This document shows positions 19,276 through 30,765 of a stretch of 64,000 bases of DNA, piece by piece. Under the pieces are notes generated by a model. The model did not search any database, was not told where the DNA came from, and saw nothing but the letters and a program-made list of their open reading frames with translations. Position 1 is the stretch's first letter. Each line of letters begins with the position of its first letter. The position numbers were made by a program, and so were the translations under genes. The DNA is from Bacteriovoracia bacterium (lineage in GTDB: Bacteria > Bdellovibrionota > UBA1018 > CAIPTA01): positions 1,198,486-1,262,485 of the forward strand of contig JBFWVL010000001.1 of the NCBI GenBank assembly GCA_050246755.1. The letters run 5' to 3'.

Positions 19276-21036
19276 ATGCTTACGAGACTACGCATTCAGA
19301 ATTTTGCCATTATCGATGAAGTGGAAATCGATTTTGGGGCCGGCTTGAATATTATTTCCGGGGAAACCGGGGCGGGAAAATCCATTCTCATGGATGCGCT
19401 CGTATTGATCCTCGGCGGCCGCGCCTCGGCGGATTTGATTCGCCTTGGCACCGACGAGGCCACCGTAGAGGCGCTTTTCGACCTCGGTGAAAGCACGAAC
19501 CTCAAGGAGGCTCTCGAGCTTCACGGCATTCCCACCGAGGAAGGCGAACTAATTATCCGCCGTATCGTGCATCGCTCGGGAAAGAACCGAATTTTCGTGA
19601 ACGGCACCATGGCCAATATGGCCACCTTGCAGTCCCTCACCGCCGCCCTCGTAGACCTTTGCTCACAGCACGATCAGCAGTTGATCGCGCGCCCCGAAGA
19701 GCAACTTCTCTGGATCGACCGATTCGGCGAACTAGAGGGCCAGCGGGCGGAAATAAAAACTCTCCACCAAAAATGGCGGGAGAAGAAAACCGCCCTTGAT
19801 TCTCTGTCTACCGATTCCGTTCAGCGCGCCCAAAAGCTGGATTTCCTGCGCTTTCAAATAGGAGAGCTCGAAGACGCTGAATTAACCTCTCCCTCGGAAG
19901 ACGAAGAGCTTCAGCAGGAACTAAAAATCCTGGATAATGCGGAAGCCTTATTCGCGTTCGTATCAGAAGCCGAAGGACTCGTGGGCGGCGGTGAAAGCGC
20001 TCCTTCGATGCTCGATCAAGTAAACGTATTGCTCATGAAAGTAAAAGCGCTGCAGAATTCCGACCCCAAGCTAGCGGAAGCCACGGAATACCTCGGGGCA
20101 CTTAAAGTACATGCCGAAGAGCTTGGTTTTTTCATTCGCCGGTATTCGCAAGGTGTCAGCCGCGACGAAGGCCGTCTCGAAGGCATCAATGCCCGCCTCG
20201 CGTTACTGGCTAAGTTGAAACGGAAATACGGCCCCACTCTGGCTGACGTGTTCACGCAGCTGAGCCATTTCCGCCAGGAAATCTCTCTGCTCGAGAACCA
20301 CGACTCCTCCCTCGCCGCCGCTACCGATGCCGCAAGAGAAGCTCTCGCGGATCTACGGAAAGCTTCCGAAAAACTTTCCCAGGCCCGCAACAAAGCCGCC
20401 AAGGCATTTGCCTCCGCCGTGGCCGCCGAGCTAGCCGATCTGCACATGGACCGAGCCCGCTTTCACGTGTCCCTGCAGCGCCTCGAGGAGCCGAACAATA
20501 CTGGGTTCGACCTCGCACGTTTTGAAATTGCCGCGAATCCCGGAGAGCCTATGGGCCCCCTCACCAAGGTGGCATCGGGCGGTGAGCTTTCCCGTATCAT
20601 GCTCGCCATGCACAACGTGGTATCTACTCGCGGCGATATCGCTGTTTACCTCTTCGACGAAGTGGATACCGGTATCGGCGGAAAAACTGCGGTGGCGGTT
20701 GGGGCAAAACTACAAAAAGTGGCCGCGCACAATCAGGTAATCTGCATCACCCACCTGCCTCAGGTGGCGGCCTATGCCGATCGCCATTTTCACGTAGAGA
20801 AATCGGTGAAGAAGCGCGAAGGCCAGGAACGTACCGTGGCCACGGTGGTGGCGCTCTCCGCGAATGAGCGTGAGCTAGAGCTGGCCCGCATGCTGGGCGG
20901 TAATGATCGCGACAAAGCCGCCCTGGCGAATGCGAAGGCTATGCTGGATAAAGTGAAGCGCCGGCCCGTGGCCAAAGCCTCCCCGCTAGATAAAAAGCCA
21001 AAAGGAAAAGACTCCGTTTCACTGCGTAAGCACTAA
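19276..21036 (+). CDS. recN: DNA repair protein RecN
   Basis: 586 aa; N-terminal Walker A GETGAGKSILMDAL, long coiled-coil middle, C-terminal signature/Walker B region (LFDEVDTGIGG). Confidence 0.9.
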   Translation: MLTRLRIQNFAIIDEVEIDFGAGLNIISGETGAGKSILMDALVLILGGRASADLIRLGTDEATVEALFDLGESTNLKEALELHGIPTEEGELIIRRIVHRSGKNRIFVNGTMANMATLQSLTAALVDLCSQHDQQLIARPEEQLLWIDRFGELEGQRAEIKTLHQKWREKKTALDSLSTDSVQRAQKLDFLRFQIGELEDAELTSPSEDEELQQELKILDNAEALFAFVSEAEGLVGGGESAPSMLDQVNVLLMKVKALQNSDPKLAEATEYLGALKVHAEELGFFIRRYSQGVSRDEGRLEGINARLALLAKLKRKYGPTLADVFTQLSHFRQEISLLENHDSSLAAATDAAREALADLRKASEKLSQARNKAAKAFASAVAAELADLHMDRARFHVSLQRLEEPNNTGFDLARFEIAANPGEPMGPLTKVASGGELSRIMLAMHNVVSTRGDIAVYLFDEVDTGIGGKTAVAVGAKLQKVAAHNQVICITHLPQVAAYADRHFHVEKSVKKREGQERTVATVVALSANERELELARMLGGNDRDKAALANAKAMLDKVKRRPVAKASPLDKKPKGKDSVSLRKH

Positions 21037-21094
21037 GCCAAAATCAAAAAATTTTGAGTCTCTGCATTCGGTAGCACCGGGGTAAGCTTCCTCT

Positions 21095-22294
21095 ATGATT
21101 CAGGAAGAATTAGCAATCAACGGCGGCCGCCCCGTTCGAGACTCCTACCTAATTTTCGGCAAACCCGATATCCGCGAAGAAGAAATCCAAGAAGTAATCG
21201 ATTGCTTGCGCTCCGGATGGGTAGGCACCGGCCCTCGCGTGGCGAAATTCCAGGAAAAAATTAAGAGCTACGTGAATGCCACGCACGCGCTGGCCGTTAA
21301 TTCCTGCACCGCCGGCCTGCACCTCTCCATGATCGCGAGTAATCTCGGGCCCGGCGACGAAGTAATCACCACGCCAATGACGTTCGCCGCTACCGCGAAC
21401 GTGATCGAACACGTGGGCGCCACCCCGATTTTTGCCGACTGTAAATCGGAAGATATGCTGATCGATCCACACGAGATCGAAAAGAAAATCACTCCCCACA
21501 CCAAAGCCATCGTGCCCGTGCACCTGGCCGGACGCTCCTGCGACATGGATCCCATCATGCGGATGGCGAAAGCCCGGGGCCTGAAGGTAATTTCCGATGC
21601 CGCCCACGCGCTTGGATCGGAGTACAAAGGGAAAAAAATCGGCTCTTTCAGCGATTTCACGGTTTTTAGCTTCTATGCCACCAAGAATTTAGTTACCGCC
21701 GAGGGCGGAATGGTTACCACCAGCAATGAAGAGGGGCTAGCGAAGCTCGCCACCTATTCCCTTCACGGCATGAGCCGCGATGCCTGGAAGCGCTATAGTG
21801 ATGCCGGCTTCAAACACTACCTCGTGGAAGCCGCCGGATTTAAATACAACATGACCGATATGCAGGCAGCCATCGGCCTGCGCCAGATGGATCGCTTCGA
21901 GGCAATGCAAACGCGGCGCAAAGAGATTTGGCACCGCTATATGCGGGAACTGCAAGAACTGCCTATCGATCTACCGGCCGTAGAAGATCCCGCGAGCCAG
22001 CACAGCTACCATCTATTCACGATCTTTCCCCGCCTCGGCGAACTGAAAGCGGATCGAGATACGATTCTCCAGGCCCTGCATAAAGAGAATATCGGTGTAG
22101 GCGTGCATTACGTAGCCCTGCATCTCCATCCGTACTACCAGCAAAAATACGGCTATAAACGTGGCGATTTTCCTAATGCGGAAAATATCTCCGACCGCAC
22201 GATTTCCATCCCCATGGGCAGCAACCTTAGCGATACCGACGTGAGCGACGTTATCTACGCCATCCGTAAGGTGCTCAGCCACTATAAGCGATAA
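21095..22294 (+). CDS. DegT/DnrJ/EryC1/StrS family PLP-dependent aminotransferase (sugar aminotransferase)
   Basis: 399 aa; ITTPMTFAATANVI, AIVPVHLAG, FSFYATKNL (PLP-lysine region) typical of the DegT/ArnB/PglE family. Confidence 0.8.
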   Translation: MIQEELAINGGRPVRDSYLIFGKPDIREEEIQEVIDCLRSGWVGTGPRVAKFQEKIKSYVNATHALAVNSCTAGLHLSMIASNLGPGDEVITTPMTFAATANVIEHVGATPIFADCKSEDMLIDPHEIEKKITPHTKAIVPVHLAGRSCDMDPIMRMAKARGLKVISDAAHALGSEYKGKKIGSFSDFTVFSFYATKNLVTAEGGMVTTSNEEGLAKLATYSLHGMSRDAWKRYSDAGFKHYLVEAAGFKYNMTDMQAAIGLRQMDRFEAMQTRRKEIWHRYMRELQELPIDLPAVEDPASQHSYHLFTIFPRLGELKADRDTILQALHKENIGVGVHYVALHLHPYYQQKYGYKRGDFPNAENISDRTISIPMGSNLSDTDVSDVIYAIRKVLSHYKR

Positions 22295-22302
22295 GAGACC
22301 AT

Positions 22303-23445
22303 TTGACGGGCCGGGGCGCGGGAGTTACGTTCCGTCCCGCCATGAGCAAAGACCTCGCCTATCTTTACGTTCACCTGCCTTTTTGCGAGGTGATTTGCCA
22401 CTATTGCGATTTCTATACGGCGCGCGCCAAGGATGCGCGGCATGAAGATTTTTTTGCGGCACTCACCGCCGAAGCCCAAACCCAGCTACCCAGCTTGGCG
22501 CCACGGCTAAAAGCTATTTATTTTGGCGGCGGAACCCCGAGCGCTTCTCCACCCGCGCTGATCGAGCGTTTTTTGGATCTATTCCGCGATAGAATTTCAG
22601 CCGATACGGAGATAACTCTCGAGGCCAATCCCACGAATATAAATGCAACGCTCGTGACTGCCTGGAAAAAAGCCGGCATCACGCGCATTTCGCTCGGGAT
22701 CCAAAGCCTAGATGATTCCATGCTGAAAAAATTAGGGCGCATGCATTCCGGAGAACGGGCAATTTCGGCCCTAAGAATGTGCCTGGCTGAGTTCGAGAAC
22801 GTGACCGGCGATCTGATCTACGGAGTTCCCGGACAGGCGGAAGAGCAGCCCGCCGAACACGCCGGCGTCATGGCCAAACTTGGGTTAAAGCATATTTCCG
22901 CCTATAACCTCACGCTGGAACCCACCCATTTCCTTCACCCGAAGCTTCCCGACGACGCCTTCTCCTGGAAACAGATCCAAAAATTGGCCGAAATTCTCGA
23001 GGCGAGGGGATTTCGTCACTATGAAATTTCCAATTTTGGGATGCCAGGATTTGAATCACGCAACAATAAAAACTATTGGGCCGGGGGAGGGTATTTGGCC
23101 CTTGGTCCTTCGGCTCACGGCTTTGATGGAGCTTTTACCAGGTGGCGTAATGTGGCCGATTGGGAAAAATACATACGCTTGGCGAACCTCGGAGAAAGCG
23201 TACGGGAAGAGGTGGAGGAGCTGACCCTGGAACAGCGAAGGATCGAGACGATCTTTACGTCTTTACGCACCGCAGAGGGTCTGGAAATCGGCAAATTTGC
23301 CGAAAAATTTGGGCAAAACTTGCTCGAAAATCCAGCCATAAAAGAATGCGAAAAAAGTGGCCTCGGAAGAGTGACAAACGGCTCTTTCGTGCTTACTTTC
23401 TCGGGGCGAATGCTGGGAGATGAAATAGCCCGGAAGCTGTTATAA
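22303..23445 (+). CDS. hemW: Radical SAM heme chaperone HemW (HemN-like, oxygen-independent coproporphyrinogen III oxidase family)
   Basis: Radical SAM motif CEVICHYC in the LYVHLPFCEVICHYCDFY context, AIYFGGGTPS, C-terminal HemN_C-like region. Real start may be ATG 22342 (MSKDLAYLYVHLPFC). Confidence 0.8.
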   Translation: MTGRGAGVTFRPAMSKDLAYLYVHLPFCEVICHYCDFYTARAKDARHEDFFAALTAEAQTQLPSLAPRLKAIYFGGGTPSASPPALIERFLDLFRDRISADTEITLEANPTNINATLVTAWKKAGITRISLGIQSLDDSMLKKLGRMHSGERAISALRMCLAEFENVTGDLIYGVPGQAEEQPAEHAGVMAKLGLKHISAYNLTLEPTHFLHPKLPDDAFSWKQIQKLAEILEARGFRHYEISNFGMPGFESRNNKNYWAGGGYLALGPSAHGFDGAFTRWRNVADWEKYIRLANLGESVREEVEELTLEQRRIETIFTSLRTAEGLEIGKFAEKFGQNLLENPAIKECEKSGLGRVTNGSFVLTFSGRMLGDEIARKLL

Positions 23446-23470
23446 CGGATGTCTTTTTATGGTCACTTTT

Positions 23471-23500
23471 CTTGACAGTTTCTAATCCGCCACCATATTT
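23471..23500 (+). promoter_or_regulatory. Candidate sigma-32 (heat-shock) promoter upstream of grpE-dnaK-dnaJ
   Basis: CTTGACA at 23471..23477 and CCACCATATTT at 23490..23500, resembling the sigma-32 consensus (CTTGAAA ... CCCCATNT), about 45 nt upstream of the grpE ATG. Confidence 0.35.
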
Positions 23501-23541
23501 CCTAGTAGCAGAGGCCATACCTTAATTGACGGAAAAACATA

Positions 23542-24117
23542 ATGAATTCAGATGCTTATAAAGAAGAGGCCAAGTCGAATCCGAGCCTAGATGGCCGGGA
23601 TGAGGAGGCCACCAAAGAGGCCGGCGGAGATGCCGCGGCCGATGGGGCGGTTTCCGATCCGGTGCAGGAGCTTCAGAGCAAGCTGCAAGATTCGGAAAAG
23701 AAATACTTATACCTCTATTCCGAATTCGAAAACTTTCGCCGCCGCTCGGAGCGTGACCGCATCGATTTTATTAAGTTCGGCCATGAAGGTTTTCTGCGGG
23801 AGCTATTGCAGGTGGTCGATAATTTCGAGCGTGCCCTGGAGCACGCGAAAGGCTTGGCTACCGAAAAGGCTTCACCCGTTAGCCAAGTTACCCAAGGCAT
23901 CGAAATGATTCATTACCAAATGCTGGAGTCGCTAAAGGCTCAGGGCGTAGCTGAGATTCAAGCATTGGGGAAAAAATTTGATCCGGCGCTGCACGAAGCG
24001 GTGGGAGAAGAAGCAGCGGATAGTGAACCGGGCATTATTCTGAAGGTGATGCAGAAGGGCTACCAGCTACACGGAAGATTGCTGCGTGCTGCCCGCGTGA
24101 TTGTGGCAAAAAGTTAA
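23542..24117 (+). CDS. grpE: Nucleotide exchange factor GrpE
   Basis: 191 aa; coiled-coil region YLYLYSEFENFRRRSERD, C-terminal GRLLRAARVIVAK motif. Confidence 0.9.
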   Translation: MNSDAYKEEAKSNPSLDGRDEEATKEAGGDAAADGAVSDPVQELQSKLQDSEKKYLYLYSEFENFRRRSERDRIDFIKFGHEGFLRELLQVVDNFERALEHAKGLATEKASPVSQVTQGIEMIHYQMLESLKAQGVAEIQALGKKFDPALHEAVGEEAADSEPGIILKVMQKGYQLHGRLLRAARVIVAKS

Positions 24118-24155
24118 TTTTTGATTAGTAAACGTTTTTTGATTAGGAGGAATTT

Positions 24156-26090
24156 ATGGGAAAAATGATTGGAATCGACTTAGGTACTACTAACTCTTGC
24201 GTATCGGTGCTTGAGGGTGGGAGCCCAAAAGTAATCGCCAACTCCGAGGGAGCGAACACCACGCCCTCCGTGGTAGGCTTTACCGAAGGCGGCGAAGTAC
24301 TCACCGGACAAATCGCCAAACGCCAAGCGGTTACGAACCCCGATAAGACCATCTTCGAAGCCAAGCGCCTAATTGGCCGCAAGTTCAACTCGAAAGAAGT
24401 TCAGGAGTTCATCAAAGTAGCTCCTTTCAAGATCATCGAGATGAAAAACGGCGACGCCGGAATTGAAGTGAAAGGGAAACAGTATTCTCCTCAGGAAATT
24501 TCCGCACATGTGCTCATGAAGATGAAAAAGACTGCGGAAGATTATCTCGGCCAGCCGGTAACGGAAGCCGTGGTCACCGTACCCGCTTATTTCGACGACT
24601 TGCAGCGCCAGGCCACCAAAGACGCCGGACGCATCGCCGGCCTCGACGTGAAGCGTATTATTAACGAACCCACCGCGGCGGCTCTCGCCTACGGCCTCGA
24701 TAAGAAACGCGACATGAAAATCGCCGTATTCGATCTCGGGGGCGGTACCTTCGACGTTTCGATTCTCGAAATCGGCGACGGCGTATTCGAAGTAAAAGCC
24801 ACCAATGGGGATACCTTCCTCGGCGGCGGTAACTTCGACCAAAAAATCATCAACTTCCTTGCCGACGAGTTTAAAAAAGAAAACGGCATCGATCTTCGTT
24901 CAGATAAAATGGCTCTCCAGCGCTTGAAAGAAGCCGCCGAAAAAGCCAAGCACGAGCTTTCGAGCTCGGTGGAAACCACCGTGAATCTTCCCTTCATCAC
25001 CGCGGATGCCACTGGCCCCAAACACTTAAACGTGAATATCTCACGCTCGAAGTTCGAAGCCCTTGTGGCCGATTTAATACAGGCGCTCGTTAAGCCTTGT
25101 GAAATGGCCCTCAAGGATTCGGGTATCTCTAAGAGCGACATCAACGAGGTAATTCTCGTGGGTGGTATGACTCGCATGCCGAAAGTTCAGGAAAAAGTGC
25201 GCGAGATCTTCGGGCGCGAAGCCTCCAAGGGAGTTAACCCCGACGAAGTAGTAGCCGTGGGCGCTGCGATCCAGGGTGGCGTGCTTCAGGGCGATGTAAA
25301 AGACGTTCTCCTTCTCGACGTGACTCCACTCTCTCTCGGGATCGAAACCTTGGGCGGCGTGTTCACGAAACTCATCGATAAAAACACCACGATTCCGGCC
25401 AAGAAGAGCCAAACCTTCTCGACCGCCGCCGATAACCAGACGGCGGTAACGATCAACGTGCTTCAGGGTGAACGTGAGTTCGCGGCCGATAACCGCCCGC
25501 TCGGACGATTCGACCTCGTGGGTCTTCCTCCTGCTCCCCGCGGTATGCCGCAAGTAGAGGTTACTTTTGATATCGATGCCAACGGGATCGTGAACGTTTC
25601 GGCCAAAGATTTGGGCACCGGAAAAGAACAGAAGATCCAGATCACTCCCAGCTCAGGCCTTTCGGAAGAGGAGATCAAGCGCATGGTTGCCGACGCCGAG
25701 AAAAACCGCGGCACCGACGAAGCCAAGAAGAAATTGGTTACGGCGCGAAACGAACTCGATGGTCTCACTTACTCGGTGGAGAAAACCCTGAAGGAGAACG
25801 AAGCGAAGGTAGACGCGGCTGCCAAGGGTGAAGTAGAAGCCGCCATCGCCGCCGCGAAATCGGCGCTCGAGGGCGAAAGCGCCGACACCATGAAAACCGC
25901 TTTGGAAGGATTGCAGAAGGCCTCCAATAAAATGGCCGAGCAACTCTATAAGCAGACGGCCGATGCGGCTCAGCAAGCAGGCGCTAATGGCCAAGCCGCG
26001 AACGGAAACGGCGCAAACGGCGCGGCCGCTTCCGGCGACAGTAAGAAAGATGGCGACGACGTAATCGACGCTGACTTCAAAGAACTCTAA
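24156..26090 (+). CDS. dnaK: Molecular chaperone DnaK (Hsp70)
   Basis: 644 aa; [41 protein letters not shown]-terminal lid. Confidence 0.97.
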   Translation: MGKMIGIDLGTTNSCVSVLEGGSPKVIANSEGANTTPSVVGFTEGGEVLTGQIAKRQAVTNPDKTIFEAKRLIGRKFNSKEVQEFIKVAPFKIIEMKNGDAGIEVKGKQYSPQEISAHVLMKMKKTAEDYLGQPVTEAVVTVPAYFDDLQRQATKDAGRIAGLDVKRIINEPTAAALAYGLDKKRDMKIAVFDLGGGTFDVSILEIGDGVFEVKATNGDTFLGGGNFDQKIINFLADEFKKENGIDLRSDKMALQRLKEAAEKAKHELSSSVETTVNLPFITADATGPKHLNVNISRSKFEALVADLIQALVKPCEMALKDSGISKSDINEVILVGGMTRMPKVQEKVREIFGREASKGVNPDEVVAVGAAIQGGVLQGDVKDVLLLDVTPLSLGIETLGGVFTKLIDKNTTIPAKKSQTFSTAADNQTAVTINVLQGEREFAADNRPLGRFDLVGLPPAPRGMPQVEVTFDIDANGIVNVSAKDLGTGKEQKIQITPSSGLSEEEIKRMVADAEKNRGTDEAKKKLVTARNELDGLTYSVEKTLKENEAKVDAAAKGEVEAAIAAAKSALEGESADTMKTALEGLQKASNKMAEQLYKQTADAAQQAGANGQAANGNGANGAAASGDSKKDGDDVIDADFKEL

Positions 26091-26112
26091 TCCGATAACT
26101 AAAAAAATAGGA

Positions 26113-26146
26113 CCGTTAGCCTCCAAGTGGGGCTAACGGTTTTCTT
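26113..26146 (+). terminator. Intrinsic terminator/attenuator hairpin between dnaK and dnaJ
   Basis: Perfect 9-bp stem CCGTTAGCC / GGCTAACGG with 9-nt loop, followed by TTTTCTT, ending 1 nt before the dnaJ ATG. Confidence 0.6.
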
Positions 26147-27277
26147 ATGGCAACCAAGCGCGACTATTACGAAATTCTGGAAGTTACCAAAACCGTCACG
26201 GCCGAGGATTTGAAGAAAGCCTACCGTAAGAAAGCGGTTCAATTTCATCCCGATAAAAATCCTGGCGATAAGGAGTCGGAAGAAAAGTTCAAGGAGGTCT
26301 CTGAGGCCTACGAAGTGCTTTCGAATCCCGAGAAACGCCGCGCCTACGATCAATTCGGCCACGCCGGAGTGGGTCAAGGAAGCCCGTTCGGTGGAGGGGG
26401 TGGCTTCGAGGGCGCCAACATCAATGATATTTTCGGTGATATCTTCGGCGATATTTTCGGCCAAGGCGGAGGAAGAAGCCGTGGGCGCCGCTCTCGTTCC
26501 CATGGGCGTCCCGGGGAAGATTTAGCTTACGATTTAGAAGTAAAATTTGAAGAGGCGGCATTTGGGAAAACCGAAACCGTCGAAGTATGGCGTGAAACCG
26601 CCTGCGGTACTTGCAGTGGCACCGGCTCTAAATCCGGCAAGGCTCAGTCTTGTGGTACCTGCGGCGGTGCGGGTGAAGTGCACTTCCAGCAAGGATTTTT
26701 TAGTGTTTCACGGCCTTGTCCCGCCTGCCACGGCGAGGGGATCACGATCAAAGATCCCTGCTCAGCATGCCGCGGTCATGGTCGCACCCAAACCAAATCG
26801 AAATTGGAAGTCCGCATTCCGGGCGGTATCGCCACGGGGCAGCGACTTAAGTTGTCGGGTGAAGGTAATAGTGGAGTGCGTGGCGGAGAAGCGGGCGATC
26901 TCTACGTGAGTATTCAAGTAAAACCCCACCCTATATTCGAGCGCGATGGCGATAACGTGCTCTGCGACATTCCGGTAAGCATTGCGCAGGCCGCGATTGG
27001 CGCAGAGCTAGAAGCCCCCAGCCTCGACGGGAAAGTAAAAGTAAAAATCCCGAGCGGAACGCAAAGCCATCAGACCCTAAGGCTCAAGGGAAAGGGGATT
27101 CCCCACCTCGGTGGCTATGGACGAGGAGATCAACTCTTGCGTATACTTGTGGAAACCCCGACGAAGCTTTCGCAGAAGCAAAAGGATCTCTTGCTGGAGC
27201 TCGAAAAGAGCTTCGGAGTGGAATCCCAGCCGCTCACGAAAACGTTCCTCGGCAAAGTGAAGGATCTCTTTGGATGA
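26147..27277 (+). CDS. dnaJ: Molecular chaperone DnaJ (Hsp40)
   Basis: 376 aa; J-domain with [10 protein letters not shown]-rich linker, four CxxCxG zinc-finger repeats ([32 protein letters not shown]). Confidence 0.95.
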   Translation: MATKRDYYEILEVTKTVTAEDLKKAYRKKAVQFHPDKNPGDKESEEKFKEVSEAYEVLSNPEKRRAYDQFGHAGVGQGSPFGGGGGFEGANINDIFGDIFGDIFGQGGGRSRGRRSRSHGRPGEDLAYDLEVKFEEAAFGKTETVEVWRETACGTCSGTGSKSGKAQSCGTCGGAGEVHFQQGFFSVSRPCPACHGEGITIKDPCSACRGHGRTQTKSKLEVRIPGGIATGQRLKLSGEGNSGVRGGEAGDLYVSIQVKPHPIFERDGDNVLCDIPVSIAQAAIGAELEAPSLDGKVKVKIPSGTQSHQTLRLKGKGIPHLGGYGRGDQLLRILVETPTKLSQKQKDLLLELEKSFGVESQPLTKTFLGKVKDLFG

Positions 27278-29286
27278 AAATCATGCTCGCGCTTTTGGTG
27301 GCCCTTTTCTTTTTTGCCCCGCAAGCACGCGCTGCCGATCCCTCCCCTGACGCAGAAACTCTTTACGCCGACGCCGAACGCCTTTACTTAAAAAGTAATT
27401 CTCAAGGGGCCCTTCAAAGCCTGGGGAAATTTTTTGCTCTTCCTAGCAGCGCGGTTCCGGTTCGTTCGAAAATCCGAGCCCATAACCTACGGGGCCTTAT
27501 TTACTTTCAATCCCGCACCCTGCAGCCCGCGATGCAGGAGTTCGAAGCGGCCGTGCAGCTAGCCAATCGTGGCCTGCAAGACAACGACTCGCTTCTTCAC
27601 CTTACTCGTTACAACCTCGGAAATGCATATTTCCAGGTAAATAAGGCCGAAGACGCCTACGACCTACTGAAAACCGTGACTCCCGACGCCCTCGACGCGG
27701 ATACGCGCGCGCGCTTTCACCATCTTTTTGGAAACGTACTTTCGGCCCGCGAAGAAAAACTAGAGGCACTCGTTCAATATCTTGGCGCCGCCAACCTCGC
27801 CAAAGACGTAGCCGCGCGCGATACTTTTTTGCAAAAAGCCCAGAATGCCTCCAAGAGCATTTACCTAAAAAACCCGAAGGTAGACCTAGACCGCCTCGCG
27901 AATCTTTCTTTTCCGGGCGGAAGCGCCGCGGATCTTGCTACCCGGATTTTCATGGCCCGCGGTTATATGTATCTCGGAGATACGAGCAAGGCCGAGAGCT
28001 TGCTCGAAAAAGTACTCAAAGAAATTGAGCCTAATCATCCTCTTCGCCCGCGCGCTGAAGAAATGCTTTCCGACTTGGGAAAACTTTCGCGCGTAAACCC
28101 TAAGGCTATCGGCGTACTGCTTCCGCTCAGCGGAAAATTCGGAAAATTTGGCCGTCTCTGCCTGAATGCGATCCTCATGGCCCACGGCGTATTCGAAGAA
28201 ATGGCCGAAAAAGTAGACGCAAACGGCCTCCGCCTCGTGATTCGCGATTCTGGGGAAACCCCCGAGTCGGCTACGGAGAAATTCGAGGAGCTCGTGAAAG
28301 ACGAGGGCGCGATCGCGGTAATCGGCCCGCTCCTCAGCAAACAGTTTCCCGCCTTGGCACGCAAGGCCCAAGAGTTTGGGGTACCGCTTATCAGCCTTAG
28401 CCAACGCATCGAAGCCGGCCAAATGGGTTCTTATATTTTTCCCGTAGCGCTCTCCCCCAACCAACAAATCGAAACGATCGTCTCTCACGCCATAGGTAAG
28501 GAAGGCTTCAAGCGGTTCGCCATTCTCGCCCCGAGCGATACTTTCGGCGAAGAATACGTACATTTATTCTGGGACGCCGTGGAAAAAGCCGGTGGAAAAA
28601 TCGTGGGCATAGAAAGATACGAACCCAGGAGCACCGACTTCCGCGAAGAAGTGCGGCGCTTGCTTGGGCAAGAATATTTAGGTGCCCGGAAAATCGAGCT
28701 TGAAGATCTCGAGCGCCGCAAAGAGCGCTACGCTGCCACCCTAAAGGTAAAGGGCAAGCTGCGCCAGCGCATGCTAAAAGTATATGATCCTAAACCAGTG
28801 GTCGATTTCGACGCACTCTTTATCCCCGACGATCCGGCAACGGTAGGCCAGATTGCTCCCGCCTTCGCCGTGGAAGACGTGGCCAATCTGCCCCTCTTGG
28901 GAATCAATACCTGGAATACTCCGGACATCGTGCAACGCGCTGGCAGGTACCTGCAAAGGGCGCTATTTGTGGATGGTTTTTTTGCCAATAGCCAGGACGC
29001 CAAGAGCATTCAATTCACCCAGGACTACATGAAATTTTTCAAATCCGTACCTGGTACCATTGAAGTGCAGGCGTACGATGCCGCTTCAATCCTGATCGAA
29101 GCACTTAAGGATCATTCCATCGGGAATCGTTCCGCGCTTCGCGATCAACTTCTTTCCAAGGAGAAATTCTCCGGAATATCGGGCGATTACCGCTTTAGCG
29201 AAAATGGCGTAGAAAGAAGCGCCCATCTTTTGACGGTCCGGGGAAATTCAATCGCAGAAATTTCCGAATCTCAGGGCAAGCGGTAG
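27274..29286 (+). CDS. Secreted TPR-repeat protein with C-terminal periplasmic ligand-binding (LppC/LpoA-like, type-I PBP fold) domain
   Basis: 670 aa; signal peptide [23 protein letters not shown]-like helical N-terminal half, C-terminal half ([15 protein letters not shown]...[13 protein letters not shown]...) resembling Peripla_BP_6/LppC. ATGA overlap with dnaJ stop. Confidence 0.55.
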   Translation: MKIMLALLVALFFFAPQARAADPSPDAETLYADAERLYLKSNSQGALQSLGKFFALPSSAVPVRSKIRAHNLRGLIYFQSRTLQPAMQEFEAAVQLANRGLQDNDSLLHLTRYNLGNAYFQVNKAEDAYDLLKTVTPDALDADTRARFHHLFGNVLSAREEKLEALVQYLGAANLAKDVAARDTFLQKAQNASKSIYLKNPKVDLDRLANLSFPGGSAADLATRIFMARGYMYLGDTSKAESLLEKVLKEIEPNHPLRPRAEEMLSDLGKLSRVNPKAIGVLLPLSGKFGKFGRLCLNAILMAHGVFEEMAEKVDANGLRLVIRDSGETPESATEKFEELVKDEGAIAVIGPLLSKQFPALARKAQEFGVPLISLSQRIEAGQMGSYIFPVALSPNQQIETIVSHAIGKEGFKRFAILAPSDTFGEEYVHLFWDAVEKAGGKIVGIERYEPRSTDFREEVRRLLGQEYLGARKIELEDLERRKERYAATLKVKGKLRQRMLKVYDPKPVVDFDALFIPDDPATVGQIAPAFAVEDVANLPLLGINTWNTPDIVQRAGRYLQRALFVDGFFANSQDAKSIQFTQDYMKFFKSVPGTIEVQAYDAASILIEALKDHSIGNRSALRDQLLSKEKFSGISGDYRFSENGVERSAHLLTVRGNSIAEISESQGKR

Positions 29287-29295
29287 CGGCATTTC

Positions 29296-29324
29296 TTGCT
29301 AGCTATGTAGTCGTTACGTATAAT
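29296..29324 (+). promoter_or_regulatory. Candidate sigma-70 promoter upstream of fliD (TTGCTA-N17-TATAAT)
   Basis: TTGCTA at 29296..29301, 17-nt spacer, perfect TATAAT at 29319..29324; then AAGGAGG at 29348..29354 and TTG start at 29361. Confidence 0.5.
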
Positions 29325-29360
29325 TTTAAGAGGTGGTTCTTTTGTCAAGGAGGATAAAAG

Positions 29361-30737
29361 TTGCCGTCCATATCACTTGGGCCAATTGCATCGGGACTTC
29401 CCAAAGACTTAGTCAAGCAGCTCGTAGAAGCTGAGCGCGAACCCATTCGTAAATTGGAAAATCGTAAGCAAGATGAAGAGGCGAAGCTGAAACTCGTCCA
29501 AGACCTTTCTTCGCGCATCAATGACATCTCCAGCGGCCTAAAGGACCTCACTAAATTCAGAAATTTCCGCGATCTCATGGCCGTGAACCCCAGAGCCGAT
29601 CTCATGGACGTAACCGTAGATAAGAATTCCGCGGAACCCGGCAGCTACCAGATCGAAGTGGTGCGCCTCGCCGGACAATCTTCGATTATGTCGAATGGAT
29701 TTCCCGACGCCGACGATACCCAAGTGGGCGCCGGTTATTTCAGCTACGAGCTACCGAACGGCGAGACCAAAGAAGTTTATATTGACCCCGACAACAGCAC
29801 GCTTCAGGGCGTGGCGAGGATGATCAATAAAGAAAAGGACCTGCAGTTAAATGCCATCGTCGTGGACGACGGAACCGGCTCCGAAAACCCCTTCCGCCTC
29901 ATCGTGACCCACACCAAAACCGGCGAAGTGAACGACGCAGAATTTCCTAATTTTTATTTCCTCGATGGCGACGAAGACTTCTACATGGAGAAGGAAAGGC
30001 CTGCGCAAAACTCCTTAGTGAAGGTGAACGGTTTCGAGGTGGAGTTTGAAGGAAATAAGATCGACACCCTTCTTCCCGGGGTAACCTTGGACCTGAAAGA
30101 CGCGGCCCCCGGAAAAGAATTCACGCTCAAAGTGCAAGAAGACAATAAGAGCGTACGCGGAAAAGTGGAAGGAATGGTTGGCAAGCTCAATGAAGTGCTG
30201 AGCTTCATCCAGGGCCAGAATAAACTCGATAAAGACAGTAATACTAGGACCACGCTCGGCGGAGATATCACGCTGCAAACTCTCGAGTATAAAGTACGCC
30301 AGCTGGTGCAAACCCCAGTGGCCACCGAATTCGGCGGGGTGCGCATGGGCGATCTCGGGGTCACTTTCACCCGTAACGGACTGCTGGAATTCTCGGGCGA
30401 TAAATTCGAGAAAGCACTTAATAAGAACTTCGCGGCGGTATCGCAGTTTTTCGTGGGCCTCGAGGACGAGGGGGACGGTTTTGCCTCCAAATTAGACGGC
30501 ACCGTGAAATCCATGACCCGCCAAGAGGGCGTGGTACAATCGCGGGTAGATGGGATCAAGCGCAGGATTCGCGATATTGACCAGCAGATTGAAGTGAAAG
30601 AGCGGCAAATCGCGCGCACGGAACAGGCGCTTAAAGACAAATTTTCTGCACTCGAAGGAACGATCGCGAAACTAAAAGGACAACAAGCATCAGTGGCGGG
30701 AGCCTTGGGCGGCGGTGGCGCCCTTCCCGGACTTTAA
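29361..30737 (+). CDS. fliD: Flagellar filament capping protein FliD
   Basis: 458 aa; apparent TTG start 6 nt after AAGGAGG; N-terminal SISLGPIASGLPKDLVKQLVEAEREPIRKL and C-terminal coiled coil typical of FliD; followed by fliS. Confidence 0.8.
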   Translation: MPSISLGPIASGLPKDLVKQLVEAEREPIRKLENRKQDEEAKLKLVQDLSSRINDISSGLKDLTKFRNFRDLMAVNPRADLMDVTVDKNSAEPGSYQIEVVRLAGQSSIMSNGFPDADDTQVGAGYFSYELPNGETKEVYIDPDNSTLQGVARMINKEKDLQLNAIVVDDGTGSENPFRLIVTHTKTGEVNDAEFPNFYFLDGDEDFYMEKERPAQNSLVKVNGFEVEFEGNKIDTLLPGVTLDLKDAAPGKEFTLKVQEDNKSVRGKVEGMVGKLNEVLSFIQGQNKLDKDSNTRTTLGGDITLQTLEYKVRQLVQTPVATEFGGVRMGDLGVTFTRNGLLEFSGDKFEKALNKNFAAVSQFFVGLEDEGDGFASKLDGTVKSMTRQEGVVQSRVDGIKRRIRDIDQQIEVKERQIARTEQALKDKFSALEGTIAKLKGQQASVAGALGGGGALPGL

Positions 30738-30765
30738 AAACTACCCTAAGGATGGGGACTAAAAA

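Noticed and set aside
23446-24155. CIRCE (HrcA operator) upstream of grpE or dnaK
   Set aside because: Searched by eye for TTAGCACTC-N9-GAGTGCTAA and close variants; none found.
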